From assembly GCA_963711495.1 (NCBI GenBank), contig CAVQEK010000007.1, forward strand, positions 94,970 through 158,969: a stretch of 64,000 nucleotides of DNA, written 5' to 3'. Each line of letters starts with the position of its first letter. Position 1 is the first letter of the stretch. The notes beneath the pieces are model-generated. The model did no database searches and had not been told where the DNA came from. It was given only the letters and a program-made list of their open reading frames with translations. The stretch comes from an uncultured Cytophagales bacterium (GTDB lineage: Bacteria > Bacteroidota > Bacteroidia > Cytophagales > Cyclobacteriaceae). Positions 36,370 through 44,107 of the stretch are shown here, piece by piece. Both the position numbers and the translations under genes were made by a program.

Positions 36370-37564
36370 TTATTGAATGTAACTCTTAGTATTTCCCCTA
36401 TATTGATACAGCTTTACTCCTTCAACAACCCTGGATATTGCTCCACTTACAGAAGGTGAATCTGGGTTGAGACCCAAGGAAATCGATTTGAAAAACCCCA
36501 GTAGCTGGGCGGGCAAGACGCTGACGACCGACAATAGGTCTTCAGATATTCTGCCGTCTTCCGGACCTGCTAATTCTATCACGGTATCGAAGCCGTTTAA
36601 CTGTTCAGTTCGGTCAACCAACGCAACCCTGTAAAGCCCCCTTTCTCCATTGTCAATGTCTTCTACCAGATCAAACTCGTATTGTCGAACATATTCATCG
36701 TCGGAAAAAAGGAAAAATATCAACGTACTGCGATCGATGACAGCTTTGGGACCATGCCTGAACCCAAGATAGGAATCATGCTTGCAAATGATTCTGCCAT
36801 CAGTAAGTTCCTGCAACTTTAAATGTGACTCCCTTGCTGTACCAAGCATGGGGCCGGAACCGAGAAATATAGCTCTTGAAAATTCCAAGCTGTGCGATGC
36901 TAAATATTCGATCCCGGTAATCGTTGAGAATTTTCTCTCCATAGGAAGCAAGAAGATCAATTTGAGACTTAAGTATGTCAATATCATCAAGCCTCGATAT
37001 AAGGTATGCAGCAAGCAACATGGAAGTATAACTTCCGGTCATGGCCAATCCTTTGTCGTTCGATTCAGCCGGCAGGACAATTATCATGTCCTTTCCGGGG
37101 CGAACCTCTCCAACTATGTCGCCTGACTCATTACACGTAATTATCAGATGAAAAACACCCTGGCAGATTTCATTGGCCAATTTAATGGTAGCTACACTTT
37201 CCGGGCTATTTCCAGATCTTGCAAAGGAGATCATCAAGGTTGGCCTATCCTTATTGAGATAATTTTCCGGATGAGTAACGAGATTGGTTGTCGCTACTGC
37301 CCTGGACCGAGCCTTCGTATACCTTTGAAAAGGTCCCTCCAAAACCTCACCGATAAATGCTGAAGATCCTGCACCTGTCAATATGACCTCCAATCCCTGA
37401 TTTGAATATACTGCCCTCAAATACGCACTTATCTCCTTTCGTTTATCTTTAATCAGGGCAAAGATCTTTTTCCAAAGCTCCGGTTGCCCATCAATTTCCC
37501 TAGCAGTATTAAGCCCACCTAATTTCTCTAGTTCAGAGATTTTAAAGCCCAAAAACTCTTCCAT
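36370..37564 (-). pseudogene. agaS: AgaS-like double-SIS ketose/aldose isomerase-deaminase, split by a 1-nt frameshift
   Basis: Two overlapping ORFs in different frames (36800-37564 and 36370-37014) together align colinearly with E. coli AgaS. N-part: ILTGAGSSAFIGE...ISFARSGNSPESVATIKLAN...ITCNESG...PAESNDKGLAMTGSYTSM. C-part: AIFLGSGPMLGTARESHLKLQELT...GFRHGPKAV...SGAISRVVEGV. The frame switch lies between about 36880 and 36905 (...DRIFSIAQL / EFSRAIFLGSG). Confidence 0.75.
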
Positions 37565-37898
37565 ACTATTGTTTTGTTTCGATAACCAAAATTAGCATTA
37601 AATATTATACTTAGAAAAGGTTTTGTAAAAAAATAATGTTAATTATTTTTTATTTCATTATTATTTAAATTTAAAAAGAAAGATTCGATCTTGTTGGGCT
37701 AATTGGCTTATGTAGTTAACGTGTCAATTTGCAGGATTAAAAGATTACGCATGTTATCCGCTTAAAGAAGAGGCTTCCGTGGAAAATTATGTCCAAACTG
37801 GAATAAAAAAATAAAGCGACGCAGCATTTAAGCCTTTGCTCAAAGTTCTTATTTTATTCGCAATGCATTTTCAGAAAAAACCACTTGGCTGATGCCCA

Positions 37899-39050
37899 TT
37901 AATCTTTAAATATTCCAAACCATTTTTGTGCGTTTTTCAGGTAGATCTTATCAATTACTGCTTTGGGAAGTTTAAGCCCCTGAAATGATTCGTCGACCAG
38001 GTCACTGGTCATTTGATCATCGGAGACCAAATACTGCCAATCCCGGTACCATGTGTCATGCATTTGCTTCTGAAGTTGCTCTTTGGTTGATTGGCCGTAA
38101 TCCCCCAAATCAGTAGCATATAGCAGCCGGTCCTGATATTTTATGAAGAAGTCCCGCACTTTTTTACGGTCGTAGTGTGTTTGATAAAAAAGTTGCCCCA
38201 TTCTGGCGGCCATATCGACCACCATATTGGGAAATCTATCCAATCTTTTCGTCAGTTCGTCAACGTCCCATTCCAGGCTGCCCAAATGCGCCCCAATAAA
38301 GATCAGATCCGGATTTTTTTCCAACATATGGTCACGGGCGGCAATCTGATCTTCATATGACGGCAAATCGGGATGTTTGTACATGTGATACTCGGGGTGC
38401 TCATGGTAATACACGCTATCGTTGTTGGTAGTCATTTCATTCAATGGCAACCAACAGTTCTTGGGTTCGCCCAAATGGCCGATAACCGGAATCTTTCTTT
38501 CCGTCAGCATATGAAATATCGGGTCAAACCGGTCATCATCGATCCTGATCAGTTTCCCCTCCTTGTCTCTGAACACCATACCGATGTTCTTCCAGATCTT
38601 CACCGCGATAGCCCCGTCGTCAATGGCTGTATCCAGCCACGCCATGGTCTTCTCCTGCCAATCGGGATTGTCCCAGCCTTCCATGGAAAACGCTGTGGCA
38701 AACTGCACCATATCGGGGTGTCTTCTCATTTGCCCCACACAATAGCGGTGTTGTTGCAGAACGACTTCAAAGGAATTTTTGGAGTCCAGCGCTATCGTCA
38801 ATAGCCTGAAGTTGTCTTCCTGCGCGCGTGTCACAAAGAAATCCCTGTCCGTATGTATATGCACATGGACGTCAGATTTTGCCACTTTGCAGTAATCATC
38901 AAGCGAGTAATATTGTGATTTGTGTGCGCTACACCCCAAGAGGAATAAACCCACAATAAATGGCCACTTTTTCATTTGATTAAATTTATGTCTAAAGATC
39001 TTATGAGCTGCACCAATTGGTTCAGGAATGCGTAAACACCATCCCGGCAT
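37899..39050 (-). CDS. Amidohydrolase_2-family metal-dependent hydrolase (TIM barrel; lactonase/decarboxylase-type), probably a lipoprotein
   Basis: 383-aa ORF. The likely true start is MKKWPFIVGLFLLGCSA at 38975. It has the HxH motif SDVHVHIHTD, VIGHLGEP, FIGAHLG and a distal Asp in LLYATDLG. Confidence 0.6.
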   Translation of the reverse strand: MPGWCLRIPEPIGAAHKIFRHKFNQMKKWPFIVGLFLLGCSAHKSQYYSLDDYCKVAKSDVHVHIHTDRDFFVTRAQEDNFRLLTIALDSKNSFEVVLQQHRYCVGQMRRHPDMVQFATAFSMEGWDNPDWQEKTMAWLDTAIDDGAIAVKIWKNIGMVFRDKEGKLIRIDDDRFDPIFHMLTERKIPVIGHLGEPKNCWLPLNEMTTNNDSVYYHEHPEYHMYKHPDLPSYEDQIAARDHMLEKNPDLIFIGAHLGSLEWDVDELTKRLDRFPNMVVDMAARMGQLFYQTHYDRKKVRDFFIKYQDRLLYATDLGDYGQSTKEQLQKQMHDTWYRDWQYLVSDDQMTSDLVDESFQGLKLPKAVIDKIYLKNAQKWFGIFKD

Positions 39051-39228
39051 ACCCGGCCTTCCCGATAAAATTCATTGATATCATTGCGAAATTTCAATAT
39101 TTCCGATGGTGTACCATCCGTCTTTGTCTTCTCCCTTGATGGCCAGCTTCAGCCTGGGCATATTTTGCTGCCGGTCTACCATGCCAATCTGGAGATCATA
39201 AAGTCATGCAGGGAAATCATACCAATAT

Positions 39229-40284
39229 TCATTCGAGCCAATCTGTTAAATGTTCCCGCACAAAATCATCATCGTTCAGATCGGGATATTCCCGATATAC
39301 CCTGGATATTTCTTGCATTTGTCCTGGCGACAATTGCTCACTGGGGTTCAAACACCAGGTCCCTTCAAGCAACCCTTGCCTTCTGAGAATTTCATGAATG
39401 CCGGCAATACTCCCCTTAAAATTATTGGCCGAGTCAAAAATTGCCGAGTTTGCATCCGTGATCGCTGCGCCTTTTGTCAACAATTCCGGGGGAATTCCAC
39501 GGCCGGACCTTTTGACCTGTTTGATCTCCTCCAGTAGCGCCACCACCTTGCTTGTCCAGACAGCCCAATGGCCAAGCAAACCACCGACGATCGATTTTTC
39601 ACAGACCTTGCCATCGACGGTAAACCAGTAGGTTGTGAGCAGGTCCGCGACTATATTATCATCATTCCCGGTATAAAGGGCGATCTCATCACAACGAGGA
39701 GAACAGCAAACCGCCCGCACGACGTCCAGTGTGCGGTACCTGTCAAATGGTGCCATTTTAATGGCGTGGACATTGGGTACTTTGGCAAAATCCTTCCAAA
39801 AATCAAAGCTGAAAATTCTTCCACCAACTGCAGGCTGCAGATAAAACCCGAAGACCGGAATAATTTCTGCAATTTTTTCAATCCGCCCGATCAGATCGGT
39901 CTCTGACCAACTATTCAATCCGCCCATGCTCACGAGACCGAGATCGTATCCCAAACTGGCGGCAATTTTCGCTTCTTCAACAGCCTGGCCGGTCGGCCCG
40001 ACGATACCGGCGATCTTTAGAAACGGCCTGTTAAGGTTTGCTTTGGTTATTGTCTCGGCGGCCAATTCCAAGACGGGCTCATATAACCCATATTTTTTGT
40101 CCCTGATTTCAAATTGCGTGGTATGCACGCCAACAGCAACTCCGCCAGCACCACTTGCCATATAGTAGCGTGTGAGTGCCCGCTGTCGGTCTTTATCCAG
40201 TTTTCGGCTGGCATTCAGTGCCATCGGGTGCGCCGGGATCACCACGCCTTCATGAAGTAAATCTCTTATTTCTTGTGTCAACAT
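39229..40284 (-). CDS. DHDPS/N-acetylneuraminate-lyase-superfamily TIM-barrel protein (class I aldolase/dehydratase-like)
   Basis: 351-aa ORF. The N-terminal GVVIPAHPMALNASRKLDKDRQRALTRYYMASGAGGVAVGVHTTQFE follows the DapA-family layout, and there is a candidate Schiff-base Lys in VHAIKMAPFD. The usual TGE is replaced by TTQ, so the subfamily is uncertain. Confidence 0.5.
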   Translation of the reverse strand: MLTQEIRDLLHEGVVIPAHPMALNASRKLDKDRQRALTRYYMASGAGGVAVGVHTTQFEIRDKKYGLYEPVLELAAETITKANLNRPFLKIAGIVGPTGQAVEEAKIAASLGYDLGLVSMGGLNSWSETDLIGRIEKIAEIIPVFGFYLQPAVGGRIFSFDFWKDFAKVPNVHAIKMAPFDRYRTLDVVRAVCCSPRCDEIALYTGNDDNIVADLLTTYWFTVDGKVCEKSIVGGLLGHWAVWTSKVVALLEEIKQVKRSGRGIPPELLTKGAAITDANSAIFDSANNFKGSIAGIHEILRRQGLLEGTWCLNPSEQLSPGQMQEISRVYREYPDLNDDDFVREHLTDWLE

Positions 40285-40292
40285 GATCTGAT

Positions 40293-41309
40293 TTAATATG
40301 CTCCTTTTCTTTCCTGAAAATGCGTCGGTTTGTTTAAAACAGCACCCCCCTTAGTCAACCACAGTGCTACAATCTCGATCATTTTCTGTAAGGTAGTTTT
40401 TGGATACCCAAAGATCTTATGTGCCTGCGCAGCGTTGCTCAACAAGGCCGTCAGCTGTTCCTGACCTGTAAAACGAGGCTTTTTGCCCAGGTAAACGCCA
40501 AATTGGTTGGCAAGCCATCGGACCGATACCGTTTCCGGTCCGGTTACGTTGAGTATTTTTGGCGGTGAATCACAAAGCTTGATGGATCGCAGGGCATATT
40601 CATTGGCGTCGTCCTGCCAAATCACATTCACATGTCCGGTCGTCAGATCAATCTCCTTTTCATTGAGCACTGACATTGCAATTTCCAATAATATACCGTA
40701 CCGGAAGTCGATGGCATAATTAAGGCGAAAAATCAGTGCCAAAGTGCCATTTCTTTTTGAAAAATATTCAAAGACTCTTTCCCGTCCGAGGCACGATTGT
40801 GCATATTCACCTACCGGACCCGGTCTGTCATCTTCTGTCGCTCCACCTGAAATTAGCGGCATAAACGGATAGACGTTACCGGTAGAAAACACCACGATCC
40901 TGGAATCCTTGAATTTCCGGGCTATCCTACCCGGCAAATACGCATTCATTGCCCAGGTAAACGACTCATTGCCCTGAGTGCCAAACTTAGTACCGGCCAT
41001 ATATATAATATTCTTTACGTCAGGAAGCGCTGTAAGCTGGATCTCGTCAAGGAGATCTGCTTTGATGGTCTCAACACCGTTTGTATCCAAATTTCGCTGG
41101 GTAAGATCGTCAGAAAACCTCGATACCGCAATTACCCGGTTATTTTTTCCCGTGTTATCCACCGCCCTTTTTGCCAGTATGGCCAGGTCCGGCCCCATCT
41201 TGCCCCCTGCGCCCAGGATCATGATATCACCCTCAAGATGCTTCAAATCTCCGACAAGGTCTGCCGATGGCTGCAACATTTCTTCTTTCAATTTTGTAAG
41301 TGCTTCCAT
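40293..41309 (-). CDS. NAD(P)-dependent epimerase/dehydratase-family (extended SDR) protein
   Basis: 338-aa ORF with the Rossmann motif IMILGAGGKMGPDLA. The segment expected to hold YxxxK reads GEYAQSCLGRE, so the Lys position appears to be Cys by eye alignment. Confidence 0.65.
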   Translation of the reverse strand: MEALTKLKEEMLQPSADLVGDLKHLEGDIMILGAGGKMGPDLAILAKRAVDNTGKNNRVIAVSRFSDDLTQRNLDTNGVETIKADLLDEIQLTALPDVKNIIYMAGTKFGTQGNESFTWAMNAYLPGRIARKFKDSRIVVFSTGNVYPFMPLISGGATEDDRPGPVGEYAQSCLGRERVFEYFSKRNGTLALIFRLNYAIDFRYGILLEIAMSVLNEKEIDLTTGHVNVIWQDDANEYALRSIKLCDSPPKILNVTGPETVSVRWLANQFGVYLGKKPRFTGQEQLTALLSNAAQAHKIFGYPKTTLQKMIEIVALWLTKGGAVLNKPTHFQERKGAY

Positions 41310-41319
41310 GAATAATCCA

Positions 41320-42552
41320 TTATGTCAATAAAAAAGTGCGTACATTATTAATCGCAAGGAGGACCAATAAAAGCAGTCCTATTATTCCGGCGATATTCTT
41401 CCATTTATTGTTTTTCATGGCTCCCATGGTAGTGCCGTCATTGGCCACAAAAAACAATGCCACTCCAATGAGCGGGGCTATGATCACCGTCACCGCTTGT
41501 GCAAAAATGATCAATTCCAACGGCAAACGTCCGAATCTTACCGCTATGCCCGAACCGATAACCATTACCAGCATGATCATTAACCTCACCTTCTTATTTG
41601 CCAGTTCATATCCCATTTCAAATGCGTCAGAGAGCAGGGCACCTCCAATAGTTGCATTGCCGATAAGGGAAGAAAAAGAAGCACCAAAAAGGCCCATCAT
41701 AAATATCACGGTAGCAATATTCCCATATAATGGTTCCAGAGCAAGTCCCATATCCGCCGCGGAGTTAACTTTTATGCCCTTCGGGTGGAGCACGGCCGCA
41801 GCATTGATCAGAATGAATGAAGATATCGCACCCAGGATCAGAACGCCTGCCAGGCTTTCCCTCCTGCCAGCGTTAATTTGGTCTGACTTCCATCCTTTTT
41901 CCTTTACCAAATACGACTGGTAAAAGGCTCCTACTATGGAAAAGCTCGAGGCGATCAGGGCAATCGACAAAAGCTCCGACCCTTCCGGCAAGCTTGGGAC
42001 GAGCCCTTTGCCAACTGCAATCAGATCCGGCTTGGCCAATATCAAAGTAACCACAAAAGAAACAAGCATCACCCCGACAAGAGCAATCATAATCTTTTCA
42101 AGGATCCTGTAGAAAGACCTAAATACGAGAAGCAAGATCCCAATTAGGGTGAAAACAATGATCCACAATCTCATTTTTGTGTGAAAAAGTTCGGCAAAGG
42201 CAATGCTCGCTCCAATGGTATTCCCTGCCTGAAATGAAGCGGTAATTAAGAATATTCCGAGGCCCAACGCCACGGAAACAGGTCTCCCCCACTTTGCTCT
42301 TATGATCGTCAGCAGGGACCCGTTTGCCACAATTCCCACGCGCGCGCCCATCTCCACAAAAACAACCATAAAAAAAATGGCAACCACAATGACCCAAAAA
42401 AGATCGTAGCCAAATAATGCACCCATTCTCGAAGTGATCGTCAGGCTCCCCGGGCCAAATACAAGCGCTGCCGTGATCAGGCCTGGACCCAACACTGAAA
42501 GTTTCCTTTTCAATGATATTTTCCCAGTTCCGGTGTTGTCAATTTTTGCCAT
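41320..42552 (-). CDS. NRAMP-fold (MntH-like) transporter lacking the canonical metal-binding residues
   Basis: 410-aa ORF with about 11 TM. TM1 LGPGLITAALVFGPGSLTITSRMGALFGYDLFW aligns with MntH [29 protein letters not shown], so DPGN becomes GPGS. The TM6 region SSFSIVGAFYQSYLV replaces ATVMPHxxYLHS. Confidence 0.7.
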   Translation of the reverse strand: MAKIDNTGTGKISLKRKLSVLGPGLITAALVFGPGSLTITSRMGALFGYDLFWVIVVAIFFMVVFVEMGARVGIVANGSLLTIIRAKWGRPVSVALGLGIFLITASFQAGNTIGASIAFAELFHTKMRLWIIVFTLIGILLLVFRSFYRILEKIMIALVGVMLVSFVVTLILAKPDLIAVGKGLVPSLPEGSELLSIALIASSFSIVGAFYQSYLVKEKGWKSDQINAGRRESLAGVLILGAISSFILINAAAVLHPKGIKVNSAADMGLALEPLYGNIATVIFMMGLFGASFSSLIGNATIGGALLSDAFEMGYELANKKVRLMIMLVMVIGSGIAVRFGRLPLELIIFAQAVTVIIAPLIGVALFFVANDGTTMGAMKNNKWKNIAGIIGLLLLVLLAINNVRTFLLT

Positions 42553-42722
42553 TTTACTCGATCGATTCAGATTAAAGTTGCTAAATCCAACGATCTTTTA
42601 AAAATCACCGCCCCATCAACTATCATCACGCGATACATTAATCGATCATTATTGTTCATAAGATTTAAAATAAAGGTTTCGACAAGAAACATAAATATAA
42701 AATAATGAAATAAAACAAAAGT

Positions 42723-44066
42723 ATGTATATTGCAAAAGAAATAAAAGATTATTGTATGAAAGAAAAAGTAAAACAACAAAGACGGACTTTCATAAAGCAA
42801 ACTTCAGCAGTCGTCGGCGGAATACTTATCAGTCCACTGGGCATCCACCGCAGTGCCTATGCAGCCGGAAACGACGAAATAAAAATCGGCGTAGTGGGGT
42901 GTGGCGGCAGGGGTACCGGCGCAACAGCACAGGCACTTACCGCCAAACCGAATATTAAGCTGGTAGCCATGGCCGATGTTTTTGAGGGTCAAATAGAAAA
43001 AAGCTATAAAAATCTTCTTTCCATAGGAGAAATAAAAGACCAGGTGACTGTTTCCGATGAAAATAAATTTGTTGGCTTTGATGGTTACAAAAGTGTTATT
43101 GAAGCATCCGACGTGGTAATATTGGCCACCCCGCCAGGGTTTCGCCCCGAACATTTCGAGGCCGCCGTCAATGCCGGAAAGCATGTGTTCATGGAAAAGC
43201 CGCTCGCCTGCGACGCCCCGGGTTTAAGAAGAATATTAGCTTCAGGAGAACTGGCGACAAAAAAGAACCTGAAAGTAGTCGTCGGGCTGCAAAACCGGTA
43301 TGACCCCGTTTATATCGAAATGGTAAAACGCATTCAGGATGGGCAGATAGGTGATATCGTTTCCAGCACCTGCTATTATATGAAAGGAGCATATGATATT
43401 GTCCCGAGATCATCCGTCAACTCAGAACTTGCTTTCCAGATCAAAAACTGGCACTTCTTCAACTGGTTATGGGGTGGCGCGCCAGCAGGCCTGCAAATCC
43501 ACAACACCGATATTGTACATTGGGCAAAAGGAGCATACCCGGTACAGGCCCAGGGTATGGGGGGAAGAGCGGTACTCGACGGCCCGGATACCGGAGAAGT
43601 GTTTGATCATTTTTATATAGAATATACTTATCCCGATGGCACAAAACTGCACAGTCAGATCCGAATAATGAATAATACCTGGACGAAGAATGGTGCATTC
43701 TTTTGCGGCACCAAAGGAACGGCGAATGAACGCGAAGGTATTGCCGACCTGAGCGGACATGAAATATGGCGTTACCGGGACAGGGATCGCCCAGACCCCT
43801 ATCAGATCGAACATGATAAGCTGTTCGACGCCATCGTAAACGATATCCCAATAAATGACACCGAATACGGCGCCAAGAGTACCATGGCGGCAATTTTGGG
43901 GCGCATGGCATGTCATTCAGGCCAGTTTGTCACTTGGGAAGAGGCATTCCATTCGGATCTAAAACTTGTTCCCGATAATATGGATTGGAATACCAAACCG
44001 CCTATCTTGCCAGATGAACACCGTATTTATCCGGTCTCTCAACCCGGCGTAACTAAAGTGTATTGA
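42723..44066 (+). CDS. Tat-exported Gfo/Idh/MocA-family oxidoreductase (glycoside/sugar dehydrogenase type)
   Basis: 447-aa ORF. The likely start is MKEKVKQQRRTFIKQ at 42756. The twin-arginine motif QRRTFIK is followed by a hydrophobic stretch and AYAA, and the Rossmann motif reads IGVVGCGGRGTG. Confidence 0.85.
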   Translation: MYIAKEIKDYCMKEKVKQQRRTFIKQTSAVVGGILISPLGIHRSAYAAGNDEIKIGVVGCGGRGTGATAQALTAKPNIKLVAMADVFEGQIEKSYKNLLSIGEIKDQVTVSDENKFVGFDGYKSVIEASDVVILATPPGFRPEHFEAAVNAGKHVFMEKPLACDAPGLRRILASGELATKKNLKVVVGLQNRYDPVYIEMVKRIQDGQIGDIVSSTCYYMKGAYDIVPRSSVNSELAFQIKNWHFFNWLWGGAPAGLQIHNTDIVHWAKGAYPVQAQGMGGRAVLDGPDTGEVFDHFYIEYTYPDGTKLHSQIRIMNNTWTKNGAFFCGTKGTANEREGIADLSGHEIWRYRDRDRPDPYQIEHDKLFDAIVNDIPINDTEYGAKSTMAAILGRMACHSGQFVTWEEAFHSDLKLVPDNMDWNTKPPILPDEHRIYPVSQPGVTKVY

Positions 44067-44107
44067 CCAAATTGAAGTGGTAACGTCCGCATCAAACAAA
44101 AACAGAT

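Noticed and set aside
36800-37014. The possibility that the agaS split is a programmed ribosomal frameshift.
   Set aside because: I saw no slippery heptamer or downstream structure at the switch point, and AgaS homologues are single-frame proteins. A mutation or sequencing indel is the simpler explanation.
42567-42800. 77-aa minus-strand ORF in the NRAMP / Gfo-Idh-MocA divergent region.
   Set aside because: The translation is extremely AT-driven and low-complexity (FFFHTIIFYFFCNIHTFVLFHYFIFMF), and it overlaps the start of the oxidoreductase gene. This is a promoter region, not a gene.
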